From Octopus vulgaris (taxonomy: Eukaryota), in NCBI GenBank assembly GCA_951406725.2, contig OX597827.1, positions 60,698,001-60,762,000 on the forward strand: a DNA stretch of 64,000 nt, written 5' to 3'. The translations under genes and the position numbers were made by a program. Shown here piece by piece: positions 23,230-36,337 of the stretch. The notes under the pieces were generated by a model that searched no databases, was not told the origin of the DNA, and was given only the letters and a program-made list of their open reading frames with translations. How positions within the stretch are numbered: position 1 is the stretch's first letter; each line of letters opens with the position of its first letter.

Positions 23230-25653
23230 GCGCGCGCGCGCGTGTATGTTTTTGTGTGTCCTCTGCCACCGACTGACAACCGATGGTTGTTGGTTTATGT
23301 TCCCGTAACTTAATGGTTCGACAAAAGAAACCAATAGATCAAGTACCAGTGTTAAGAATAAGTACTGGGGTCAATTTGTTCGACTAAACCCTTCGAGGCG
23401 GTGCCCCAGCACATGAAACAAGTAAAAAGATAAAATAAAAGAAATGGTTGATTGTTTTAACACAATAACCCGTAAGAACCGTTAACCGATTGAAAGGAAT
23501 TAAGAAGAACGGGGTATTCATATGAATATACGATGAATATAGAGATTGTCGTTGATTATCTTAATTCAACGTTGAGATTAATTCGTTATTTAGTGGAATA
23601 CTGTAACGAACCAAAACGTTTTGGATCACCAAACATTATCTTGTAGAACTTGCGCAGAGTTAAATGCCATCGACACTATTGTTTAATTCTTATATTTTAG
23701 TTTATCATTTTTTTAAAAAGATTATAAAATAAATAAAACGCATTTTACAAATGGACCATAAAACGAAACATCGGCTGTTTTACTCTTTGGAGTAAACAGT
23801 TCAACAGAGGAATCATTTTTAACAGTTCCAAATTTCGACACACGGCCAGCAATATTAAAGGAAGAGTAAGTCGATTACATCGACCCCATTGCCCAAATGA
23901 TATTTATTTTATTGATCCCTAATGGAAGAAAGGGCAAAGTCAACATCGGTGCAATTTTAACCCAGAATGAAAAGAGCCCTAAGAAATGTCGCTAAGAATT
24001 TTGTCCGTCTCAAACGATTTTACCAGCTTCACCTACCGTCTTAGATCTTTACTAGAGATCAAAATCATCTGTCAGAATTGTTTTGCTCCGAAAACCGAAA
24101 GACCCACAACTCGCATTTATCCAATAATAAGTTTCCAGTCCTAACAGAAATGTCGAAGTTTGAAATATTTTATAAGAGAAAACAAAATAAAAAGTTGTTC
24201 GTTCATACTGTTTTTTTTTAAAATTTTTTTACGTAGACAATACTTTATATCAGGCATAAGCAACCTTTTTCAAGAGATGGGCTGCGTGAGACATAGTTCA
24301 TCAGAAGTCAGATTGCACTAAACTAAAAATTCAAAATAAATTTTCGTTAAGCGTGCAATTAAGAAAGTCCTGCGAGCCAGAGTTTGCCCATCGCTCCTAC
24401 AGATTTAAGACGGCTAAATGAAGTTGTGTAACATGGACATTAGAAACGTAATTGAAAAATGGCAATCATATCTGAATGTTTATTTTCATACAATATGGTT
24501 TCAAAATAATTAATAAAAGTGCAAAAATGAATGATGACAGGGAAAATTTTAAATATTCTTTATATAACAGATTGGATCTTTTCGGTTTGAACGGCAGTTT
24601 GTAACATAATTTCTAAGATCCAACAGATTTAATGTCAAATAAAGAACCACAAATAATACTGGAAAAAAATTTAAATATTATTTGCAAAGAAATCCCAGAA
24701 AAGTGTTAGTTAACTTTGCGCAATTGTCAGTTAAAGTCACGAATGTAATTTTTTTAACCAACTGCAGTTCAGCCTTGACGAGTAGACAGTTAAAAAAAAA
24801 GGGTTCAAAGCTGTACCATTTTTTTCTCAGAATAATATATCTCAAACTAGAAAACTCTCAAACTATTCCAAACTAGAAAAAAAAAACTTACGAATTTTTT
24901 TTTAAAGAGAGTAGACTAGGATTTGAGGGTGATTTAGCACTATACCTAGCAGGTCGAGCAATCAAGTGCGAGCTCCATCGAGACAACATATTACTGCAGT
25001 TTACGACTGTTATAAACCCAAACTCGAATATCAAAGTTTAAAAGGTTTCACGTACAGTCTCTCCAGAGTTTGAATTGCTTCTGAGTAATTCTCACATTCA
25101 TTTATGAGTTCATAAACGTCTTTATATCTATGTGCGCTATTAAACACCTAAGTTTGCTTTCATCCGTGATAGACGGTTCAACAGGAAATGATTCTAAAAA
25201 AATTTTTTAAAGTTCAACCAAGGAAAATTAAATGATCTTTGAATGCATGTTTAATAGAAGGAAAATAAAATCAACATAAAACAGGCACAAACCAGAAAAA
25301 ATCAATAAACAAAACCTGTGAAGTAAATCATTATTGAACAAGAGATGGAGAAAAAGAGTACCTTGGTGAAAGTTCCCAGTTGAAGTGTGATCTGGGGTTT
25401 AATGCACCGAGGTTTTGTCCGATTGGATTAAATAATTGAGCCAATGAATAACACGGAGATTTAAATTTAAACTGTTTTATTGACGTTAGAAAAAAGGACG
25501 ACGTCTCCCTCTCTCATATATATATGTATGTGTGTGTATGTATGTATGTATGTATGTATGTATGTTTCCCTCCCCGCTCCCTGTGTGTGTGTGTATGTAT
25601 ATATATATATATATATATATATCTATATATATATATATCATATATATATATAT

Positions 25654-25708
<55 letters not shown>

Positions 25709-26555
25709 TCTTTTACTTGTTTCAGTGATTTGACTGCGGCCGTGCTGGAGCACTGCCTTTAGTCGAACAAATCGACCCCGAGACTAGTACTTATTCTATC
25801 GACCTTTTTTGATGAACCGCTAAGTTACCGGGATGTGAACACACCAACATCGGTTGTCAAGCGATGGTGGGGGACATCACACAGAGTTGAAAGAAGATTA
25901 GAGATCTATACAAATAAAAAATATATATATATATATATACACATACATACATGTGTGTGTGTGTGCGACGGGTTTCTTTCGGTTTCCGTCCACCAAATCT
26001 ACTCACGAGGTTATGGTAGAAGTTATTGTAGAAGACAGTCGACCAAGTTGCCACGCAGTGGGACTGAACCCGGAATCATGTTGTTGGGAAACAAGTTTCT
26101 TACCACACAGCCACTCCTGCACGGGTTAATGTATAAGCATGAAAATACATGCACCGTATTTAAGCACTTAATTATTTGCAACATCATTAAACTCCGATAT
26201 ATTATAGCAATACAATAAATATTGATGGAATAAACTTGCAGGTATCAACAAAGTTGGCTAAAACGATAGTTGCGAGCAACGTATTTAGAATAATAAACTA
26301 CAGAAAAAGCGAACATTTTATGTATAATTCAGTTGTTTGCTATTCTGAATGTATTTATGTGTGTGTGTATGTATGTGTATGTATATGTGTGTAATGGAAG
26401 CAACTCCTATGTTATCAAACTGTTATTGTCATCAAAATTAGCAGTTCCAAATATGCTCAAAATATTGTTATATCCACTGCTTATTGCTATCAGCCGGTTA
26501 TTGTTATTGCTACCAGCTAGTTATTGTCATTAAGCGCCTTCCACTATACATACAT

Positions 26556-26612
<57 letters not shown>

Positions 26613-26625
26613 TACATACATACAT

Positions 26626-26682
<57 letters not shown>

Positions 26683-26962
26683 TACATACATACATACATA
26701 CATACATACATACATACATACATACATACATACCTCAACTTACGTCGTTTCAAGTCACATCTTTTTCGACTTCACGTTGGTTTTTGCTTGTTTTTTTTTA
26801 AAGAAATTAATGGAACAGATAAACTTCAAATTCAGTCAATTTATCGGTATCTTCGAATATATTTTAACAGAATAAAAACTATGAAAAAAGCCAAAAAAAA
26901 CCAAACAATACCGTTGTGGAAAATCAAATAAAATACTTTAAAATATGCACAAACTATTTATT

Positions 26963-27307
26963 AAAACAATTACAGCGTGGAAGGTGTTTATAAGCCATTT
27001 AAGAAACACAAGAACCGTTAGATTCACTTCAATATTTAAATTTTATTTGTCAAAATATTTTCGTCGCTTTGACACTGCGATCTGTTCACTGACAAAATTC
27101 CGATGCAGCACAGAATTTTGCAAGTGAACAGGTCGCAGTCTCAAAGCAACGAAAATATGTTGGCAAATTAAATTTAAATGTTGAAGTGAATCTAACGGTT
27201 TTTGTGTGTTTCTTAAATGGCTTATAAACACCTTCCACGCTGCAATTGTTTTCGTTCCAGCACACGATCTCAGATCAGGTCACTTGCTATGCAAGTACAT
27301 CTCCGTA
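26963..27307. mobile_element. Fold-back element with ~128-bp inverted arms and a one-sided tail
   Basis: 26963-27090 pairs with 27123-27252 (about 10 differences); central hairpin; tail to 27307. Confidence 0.75.
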
Positions 27308-28731
27308 AATATTTATTTAAATATAGATGTTAATGAAGTCATTCAAATAATTTTTTTGCGTTACGTCGTTTTTTGAATTAAGTTGCCTATTTGGAACACG
27401 CACCGACGTAAGTTGATGCATGCCTGTTTATATATATATATTTGAGAGAGATGTATAATGGAATTGAAGGAATATCTCCTCCTATTATAATTCTTTCTGT
27501 AATTTCAAGGATCTGGAACGGGTCACCAATTTGTGACGTCCGTGCGAAGCGAGGTGATGAGAATGTTTCCTTAGCACATCACACGGTCAATACAATAAAT
27601 ATAAATAGAACAATGCTTATGTGTGCCAGAGGGAAATAAGAGAACAACCGGGTAGAATGTTTAAGACAAGATTTATTGATGTTAACCTGTGTTAATGTGT
27701 GTGCGACATATATACAGAATAATAGACAGGTCGTCATAAGAATATCTATGCGTGTGTAGATGTGTGCGAGTCTATATGTATATTTATTGATAATAGCTTC
27801 AAATTGCGGCACAAAACGAGTCATTTTTAGGATTAGGGGCTCAGTTGATTACATCGACATCAAGGCTTAACTGGTACTTATTTTATCGACAGGATGAAAG
27901 ACGAAGTCGACTTCAACGAAATTTGAACTCAGAACGTAAAGTGCCGGAAGAAATGCCGCTAAGCGATTTGTCCAGCGCATTAACGATTCTGCTGACTCGC
28001 TACTTTTGTATATTGAGGGGCGAAAAACATCAACCCTATCGACTGGTACTTTATTTTGTCGACCCTGAAAGGGATAGTTGGCCTCGGTGGCATTTGAACT
28101 CAGAAGTGAGACATACTATTAAGCCCATATCTGACGTGCTAAAGATTGTCAGTTCATCACCCTCGCATATTTATTAATAATAATAATGTCTAATAGGTAC
28201 AAATTCCATAAATTTTTGGGTAGGAGGGTTAGTCGATTAACTTGATCCTTGCACAAGACTCGTACTCTATATATTCTGAGATTTGAAATCAGAGCGTGAA
28301 AGAGCCGGAACAAATATCACAAGACACTTTTTACGAAGCTTTAAAGGTTTTGTCAGATAATATTTATTTATTTGCTTTACATAGGGACAAGGTCAGAAAT
28401 TTGGGATTTTTTCCCTTTCAAGGATTTCAAGTCAGAACATGAAGAGCTGGAACATACTGCAAGCCATTTTGACATTCCTACACAAGTGTGCGCCTTCCAG
28501 AAAAACGGATATTCTGAAATATTATTTTCCATAAATAGCTTTCAGATGGTGTCGATTACGATTACATCGGAATTTAATATGAAAATAAAATTGGTGGGCG
28601 CGCATACTGATACACATCACATATATATCTAGAAAATGAGACTTGAAATGAAAAATTGTGATATTGTGTATGTGTGCACGGCCACCATTTTTTTTTTTTT
28701 TTCACAAAATTCCGGTCAAACTAAATCGTTT

Positions 28732-29140
28732 GGCGATCTTTCGTCTCTAGTAGACCTTTCCGTCGATTTCCGTAAAAAAATTTTTTTTTTTACATATGGG
28801 CTTGCGGGAACTTTTGAAGTAATATACATACATGTACACACATATACACATACACCGAGTTATCTCTTTCTTTCACACATTACTCTGTCTCTTCACACAC
28901 ACTAACAGAAGCACTTCACTTACACAACATACTTTCTGTCTCCCACACCCCATCAAACACACACATGTACATCAATGCTTCACATACACGGTAACTTCAA
29001 AAGAACTTCCCTCGTCATACAATCGCTTTCTCTTAGTCTCTTTCGCTCTCATTACTTCAAAAGTTCCCGCAAGCCCATATGTAAAAAAAAATTTTTTTAC
29101 GGAAATCGACGGAAAGGTCTAATAGAGACGAAAGATTGCC
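28732..29140. mobile_element. MITE with ~90-bp TIRs and an 8-bp TSD (Merlin-like)
   Basis: AATCGTTT|GGCGATCTTTCGTCTC ... GAGACGAAAGATTGCC|AATCGTTT; GGNRM terminus plus 8-bp TSD fits Merlin. Confidence 0.8.
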
Positions 29141-29606
29141 AATCGTTTGACCCGAGCAACAAAAAAATAGTACAATAGGTGTACAACATCATGTAAACGA
29201 ATATAGTAAAAAAAATCCGCGCTGGCGAATGGGGAGCCGGAGAGAGGACTTGAAAAATTCACATCGGAAATGTTCCGAGTCCTCTCACCACTTCCCCGTC
29301 CGTCGGCGAAAATTTTTTCTTGATATTCGTTTACTACACATTATTTTACACCAAATACAGTATTTTATTTTTTCGATTTTTGTGACGGGATGGGTGGGGT
29401 GCGGATTCGGATAATTCACACGAACCAGTAATCCCACTTCAACACCCGGTCACAAAGATGAAAAAAAAAATAGTGTAATAGGTGTAAAACAACGTAGTAA
29501 ACGAATATGAAAAAAAATGCGCGATGGCGAACGGGAGGGGGAAGACAACTCGGAAATTTCATACAATCAATCTCACAGGATCCGAAAACTCAAAAAATAG
29601 TGTAAT

Positions 29607-29965
29607 GGCAATCTTTCGTCTCTAGTAGACCTTTCCGTCGATTTCCGTAAAAAATTTTTTTTTTTACATATGGGCTTGCGGGAACTTTTGAAAGAGTAAT
29701 GAGAGGAAGTTCTTTTGAAGTTACCGTGCATGGGAGCATTGATGTACATGTGTGTGTGTGTGCGTGTGTGTGTTTGATGGGGTGTGGGAGACAGACAGTA
29801 TGTTGTGTAAGTGAAGTGCTTCTGTTAGTGTGTGTGAAGAGACAGAGAGAGTAATGTGTCTCTTTCGCTCTCATTACTTCAAAAGTTCCCGCAAGCCCAT
29901 ATGTAAAAAAAAAAAATTTTTTTACGGAAATCGACGGAAAGGTCTACTAGAGACGAAAGATCGCC
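29607..29965. mobile_element. Second copy of the same MITE in the opposite orientation
   Basis: Same TIRs; internal sequence is the reverse complement of the first copy; no clean TSD. Confidence 0.8.
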
Positions 29966-32102
29966 TGAAAAAAATAGTGTAATAGGTGTAGTTGAACGAA
30001 TATGAAAAAAAAAAGCACTCTGGTAAACGGGGGCGGGGGAGAGGACTCGGAAAATTCACATCAGGAATATTCCGAGTCCTCTCACCACTTCCCCGTTCGT
30101 CGGCGAATTTTTTTTTTTCCATATTCGTTTACTACACATTTTACACCTAGTACACTATCTTTTTTTTTTTTCATTTTTGTGACCGAGTGTTAACGTTGTG
30201 TTTTCAGATCCTGTGAGATTGATCGTGTGAATTTTCCGAGTCGTCTCCCCCGCACCACCGTTCGCCAGTGCACATTTTTTTTTCCATATTCGTTTACTAC
30301 ATATTGTTGTACACCTATTGCACTATTTTTTTGTTTGTCTTTGTTTTTTTGCTCGGGTCAAACACTTTAGTTTGACTAAATTTCCGATATAAACAGTATT
30401 TGTAGAAAGTTTTATTTAAAAAATACCCATTTTTCTAAAAGTTATGAGGAAACAAAATCAATTTAAGTGTGAATTTTCCTAAACTTCTCTCCCTCCACCT
30501 CCAAATAATGGAATTGTTATGGAATTTTCCATAACAAATTTCAGTATAATTGTCACCTCCACCATCTGAAAGGTATTTATAGAAAGTTTTATTTAGAAAT
30601 ATCTATTTTTCAAGAAGTTATGGGGTAACAAAATCAGGGTGGGGCACACTTGTGCATGCTGGAATTTTATCCAACACTTTAACAAATCTGTGAATCATAA
30701 ATAACAACAATTAAAACCAAGATATTTTTTACCAGTATACCTATACAAATGTGCTTTCCTGACCAATATTCCTCATTACTTCCAGAAAAAAAATGGATAT
30801 TTCTCAATGACATTTTCTACAAATATGCTTCAGATGATGTAGATTACTATTATATTGGAATTTGTAGCAAAATCTTTCTCTGAGGGTGGAGAGAGGAATG
30901 TTGAAAAATTCACACGAGTCCACTTTGTTTCTTCATAAGCTTCCGAAAAATCGTGTATCTTCTAATGAAATTTTCTTCCAGTATCTTTCAGACGATGTAG
31001 ATTACACTTATATCGGAATTTGATGTGAAAAATAAAATTGTTGGGTACGCACACATACTTGCTGACACACATCACAATTTTTTTCAAAATTGCAAGTTTC
31101 ATTTTGTTAATATATGTGATATATGCCAGTATATAACTGTGTGCAAGCCCACCACTTTTTTTTTTCATATTAAATTCTGATCTAATCGTAATTTATGTAA
31201 TCTGAAAGGCTTTTGTAGAAAATTTCATTAAAGAATATCCATTTTTCTATAAGTTATTAGGAGACAAAGTCAATTTGAGTGTGAATTTTCCAAAACTCCT
31301 CTCCCCACATGGTTCCAGGTTCAGTCCCACTGCGTGGCACCTTGGGCAAGTGTCTTCTACTATAGCCTTGGGCTGACCAAAGCTTTGTGAGTGGATTTGG
31401 TAGACAGAAACTGAAAGAAGCCCGTCGTATATATGTATATATGTGCGTGTGTGTGTTTGTGTGTCTGTGTTTGTCCCCCCAACATCACTTAACAACCGAT
31501 GCTGGTGTATTTACGTCCCTGTAACTTAGTGGTTCGGCAAAAGAGACCGATAGAATAAGTACTAGGCTTACAAAGAATAAGTCCTGGGATCGATTTGCTT
31601 GGCTAAAGGTGGTGCTCCAGCATGGCTACTATCAAATGACTGAAACAAGTAAAAGAATAGTAACAGGTAGACACTAAAAATATTACACATATTTCCATCA
31701 TCTGTTTGAGGATTTAAAAAATCTTAACACTTTAGAATTCAGATTACTTTGTCAAATATAGTGTTTCTTTATTCACATTGTTTGGAATTAATCATGCATT
31801 ATTTTGTAGCTTTGACATTTCAATGACTGTTTATCTTTAGATTAACATTGTAGGGTAGGTGTGAGATGCCAGATCGGGCCTGCTTGAACATAAAGCAGGT
31901 AGAATATTTGTGTTGGATATGGCCAGTTTATATACTACAGGATTAAAGTTTTTTTGTTTTTTTTTAAGCAAGATTACAAACAGAAGATGAATGGTGAGAG
32001 CAGTGCCTAAGCCACAAACTTCCATTCATCTTTCATTACTCTTCAAATCAATGATAAATTTTTAACTAAACTTAAAGAAAAAAATGCAACTGAAACATTT
32101 CA

Positions 32103-32612
32103 TCAACTCTCTGGGACATTTGGTATATCTGTCACTTGGGGTGTTACAAATGATTTTTTACACCTGTTCCCAGGAATACTTTGGGTCATTGTGAGAGCCA
32201 GTTGCCTTAAACCAAAACGTATATTCGGTAGTTCATTGTAATCTCCCGTTACAATATTATTGTTGTTGTTGTTGTTGTTGTTATTGTTGTTATTATTATT
32301 ATTAGTAGTAGTAGTATTTTTAGTATTTGTATTTGCATTAATGTTTTTATCATCTGGAGATTCAGTAATAAAATGGGAGAGCAAAGATTTTTCTTCTGGC
32401 TGTTCAGTCACCTTTGGAATATTTTTATGACCATTACATTCCACTTTGCCATTTTGCTGAGGTTTATTCTCAGTTTTATTAGCAACAGTGGTTCCGTTGT
32501 GAAGTCCTGATTCTTTCAACTTGTTTGCTAATATTTTGGTGTCATTCTTTTGATAAACATTCCTCTTCTGAATTTCACTGATAAGAGAAGGCTTGAACCG
32601 GGCACTAGACTT
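32103..32612 (-). CDS. EF-hand-like protein, probable terminal coding exon (KSSARFKPSLISEIQ...poly-N...IPNVPES*)
   Basis: tgtttcag|AAG in phase 0; 510-nt open frame to TGA (ORF 32103-32636). Spliced total 1197 nt = 398 aa. Confidence 0.75.
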   Translation of the reverse strand, partial: KSSARFKPSLISEIQKRNVYQKNDTKILANKLKESGLHNGTTVANKTENKPQQNGKVECNGHKNIPKVTEQPEEKSLLSHFITESPDDKNINANTNTKNTTTTNNNNNNNNNNNNNNNNIVTGDYNELPNIRFGLRQLALTMTQSIPGNRCKKSFVTPQVTDIPNVPES

Positions 32613-34571
32613 CTGAAACATAAAGTAAACAGACAATTAGCAATCTGTATGCATACTTAAAGCACATATATGTTGAAAGCCTTCTAAACTGTGGTATTTG
32701 TCTTCAGAAACTAACTGTTATCAATGGTGTAGCTAATAGGGGCACGAGGGAGCAACCAATCCCACTGAGCTCATTTTTCAAAATTGGCACCCTTTTAACA
32801 AGTTTTTTTTAACTCTTCAGATTACTAGCATGATAAAAGTTGAATCACTTTTTCTACTGTTGTTAATTGCATGGCCTTGGAAGAAAATTTCTGGAGTCAC
32901 TACTTTTTTTGATTAACCACTTGTGTTTTTGAACTGTCTGCTCAATTTTATGAGATGTGTTGGTGGCAGCTAACACATGAAGAACTAAACAAACCCTGAT
33001 ATCATAACCTCTTGATACACCTATATTAGTAGTTGTTTTATACATTATAACATTGTTACTGAAACATGAAATTAATGAATGTAGAATACAATTATAATTA
33101 TCATGACTACCATATACACTTGTGGATATGTCACACTTCTTTTACCTGAAATTTCAATAAAAATCAGCAGTGCAATTTATTCACTCAACATCACAAAGGT
33201 CTGTAATAGTATATTACAGATCTTTGGCAGTATATCAAGTTGATTTATCAATTAAACTACTTTCATCAAGTCACTTCTGCAAAAATGCTTTAATATTTAT
33301 TAGCAAAGTTTTGAAATAAAGGTGAAGAGTGGCTGTGTGGTAAATAGCTTGCTTACCATCCACATTGCTCTGGGTTCAGTTCTACTGTGTGGCACCTTGG
33401 GCAAGTATCTTCTATTATAGCCTCGGGCCAAACAAAGCCTTGTGAGTGGATTTGGTAGACGGAAACTGAAAGAAGCCCGTCGTATATATGTATATATATG
33501 TATGTGTGTCTGTGTTTGTCCCCCCCAATATTGCTTGACAACCAAGGCTGGTGTGTTTACATTCCCGTGACTTAGCAGTTCGGCAAAAGAGACTGATAGA
33601 ATAAGTACTAAGCTTACAAACAATAAGTTCTGGTGTTGATTTGCTCGACTAAAGGTGGTGCTCCAGCATAGCCACAGTCAAATGACTGAAACAAGTAAAA
33701 TAGTAATTTGATAATATTTAACAAATATTAGTTATATTTATGTTATAAAGGAGCCATTGTAACTCACCAGCTTATTGTGTGACCTATCTGCAAGTCAACT
33801 GCAGATACCTACTTTGACAACCCCAAACCAAGGGTGTGACCTATCCACTGGCACGACCTATCCTTGAATATATATGGCAATGAAATATTTTGTGTAATAT
33901 AAGAGAAACGAGTTAAAAATTGTTTGGTATACTTATTTTACTCTTTTACTTGTTTCAATCTCTTCACTTCGGTCATGTTGGAGCACCACCTTTTGTTGAA
34001 TAAAATCAACCCCAGGACTTATTCTTTGTAAACCTAGTACTTATTCTATTGGTCTCTTTTTGCCGAACCACTAAGTGACGGGGACGTAGACACACCAGCA
34101 TTGGTTGTCAAGTGATGGTGGAGGGACAAACACACATACATATATATACATATAGATATATATGCGACGGGCTTCTTTCAGTTTCCGCCAACCAAATCCA
34201 CTCACAAGGCTTTGGTCGATCTGAGGCTATAACAGAAGACTCTTGCCCAAGGTACCACACAGTAGAATTGAACCCGGAACTATGTTGTTGAGAAGTAAGC
34301 TTCTTACCACACAGCCACTCCTGCACCTGTGTCATGGTGCCTATTTTTATTTTATGTGCTTGCTCTCCTTAATTTTAAAACTTAGCTATGCTTCTGACTG
34401 TTAAAGATGTATACCAACCACTTTGCAGAGTGTATTGGGTGCTTTTTTTTTTTTGTGGCATCAGCACTAGTGAATCACCAAGTCCTCCAAAGACAAGACC
34501 AACCCCTCAATAGATGTCCACTGAAAAACATTTTGTTAAATTTTTCTAGATTTGTAAATTGTCCAACTTAC

Positions 34572-34689
34572 CTTTACAAGTTTGTAGTTACTCTTAGTAT
34601 AACTTTTGGCTGAAGTCAGTACTGTTGTCACTTTTGAAATGTCTCCTTTCTTTAGTATTATATCTAATATATTGAGTAAAGGCTTCCAT
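34572..34689 (-). CDS. EF-hand-like protein exon (R-WKPLLNILDIILKKGDISKVTTVLTSAKSYTKSNYKLVK)
   Basis: ccag| ... AAG|GTAAGT; 118 nt, phase 2/0; V.W..LL..L is the helix after an EF-hand-like loop. Confidence 0.8.
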
Positions 34690-34785
34690 CTGGATTTTAT
34701 ACAAATTGAAATTCATTACAAGAAAGTAGTGCAAATTACTTAACTCTTTTGGAATCAACCCACCTGACACCATCCCTGGTTCTTT

Positions 34786-35050
34786 GTATGTAAGCAACAA
34801 ATTGAAGATCCTTCTCATAGAAATGTTCTATGTAGTGATCATCTAAACATTTGTGCAGATGGAAAATTCAAAAGATTCCCTTTATTTAAAATACAGGAAG
34901 AAAATGATCAACTATGAAAGGCAAAAGAAGAATACTTTATAAGAATTCTAAATATGAAACTAAACAGGAAATAGTCAATGCTGCTTCTAAAAACTTCTCC
35001 TGTGCTGATTACATCATAACAAGTGTGTTTGAAAAGCTGTAAACAGCAAA
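34786..35050 (+). pseudogene. Old Penelope-like 3' fragment: GIY-YIG C-terminus plus decayed hammerhead
   Basis: Translates KQQIEDPSHRNVLCSDHLNICADGKFKRFPLFKIQEENDQL*KAKEEYFIRILNMKLNRK* (34792-34974), then CTGTG-CTGATTA...GAAA-AGCTG-TA-AACAG. Confidence 0.7.
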
Positions 35051-36025
35051 AGCATTTACACATTTCAAACATTTCTTTTTGAAATATTTGTGTCTTTCTG
35101 GGGTTTTTTAAAGTTTATTTTTATAGAATTAATAAATTTTAATTTAACAAAAACTTCTTTCAAATATCATTTGCTGCACCCTGTGTAAGCTGAACTTCAG
35201 TGTGTACAAGCTGACAGTCATGGAAATTTCCTTGACTTTGTCACGACTTCCTTGGCACCCCCTAGCACATGGTGCCCCAAACGACTGCCCAAGTTGCCAG
35301 TACTTTGAGCCGGCCCTGATTGCTTCCAATCCCTCTAGCCATATTTGATTCTTCTTCTTAATTTCAAATTTTAATGTATGAATATTTGGAAATGGCAAGC
35401 TGGCAGAATCATTAGTATGCTGGGCAAAATGCTTACCAGCATTTCTGCCATCTATATGTTTTGAGTTTGAATGCCACCAAGGTTGACTTTACCTTTCATC
35501 CTTTCACGGTCAATTAAAATAAGTACCAGTTGAACACTAGGGTCAATCATCATCATCGTTTAATGTCCGTTTTCCATGCTAGCATGGGTTGGACGGTTTG
35601 ACCGGGGTCTGGGAAGCCAGGAGGCTGCACCGGCTCCAGTCTGAGCTGGCAGTGTTTCTATAGCTGGATGCCCTTCCTAACGCCAACTACTCCGTGAGTG
35701 TAGTGGGTGCTTTTTACGTGCCACTGGCATAGGGGCCAGAGGAGGCTGGCATCGGCCACGATCAGTTGGTCCTTTTTACATGCCACCGGCATGGACACCA
35801 GTCAAGGTGGTGCTGGCATTGGCCACGTTCGGATGGTGCTTTTTAAGTGCCACCAGCATGGGTATCAGAACTACAATTTCCATTTGATTTTTATATTGAT
35901 GTTGATGTAAATTGATTTATCCCTTCCCCTGAAATTTCAGACTTTGTGCCAAAATTTTAAACCAATGAATGAATATTTATGGAATTTTACAAATGTCTGT
36001 GAGATTAAATGAAAAATATACATAC

Positions 36026-36126
36026 CTCACAAATGTAATGTCTTTTTCTTCACGGAAATATGAAGCAAGATTCTTTAGAAGTGCTCCATATATTGGTAGA
36101 TCAAGTTTGTTGATATAAGATAAAAC
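36026..36126 (-). CDS. EF-hand-like protein exon (VLSYINKLDLPIYGALLKNLASYFREEKDITFV)
   Basis: ttacag| ... AG|GTATGT; 101 nt, phase 0/2. Confidence 0.85.
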
Positions 36127-36295
36127 CTGTAATAAAGTTATTTAGATTCATTACTTAAAGCAGGGGTTCTCAACCATTTTTTTTTTTTGCCCATAGCCCA
36201 CTTTGATACCCATTTTACTTGGATGGAGCCTCATAGCCATTCTTTGTCTAAAAAATTTTGTCCTCTTGATGCTCATCTGCTTATATATCATCTGC

Positions 36296-36337
<42 letters not shown>

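Larger units (their letters stand above)
28480..31305. mobile_element. Complex fold-back / subrepeat-rich DNA element(s) hosting the two MITEs (related sequence at 19730-20160)
   Basis: TGACCCGAGCAA (29148) is inverted at 30349-30360; repeated AAAAATAGTGTAATAGGTGTA...AACGAATATG modules in both orientations; 28495-28620 recurs near 30941-31076. Confidence 0.55.
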
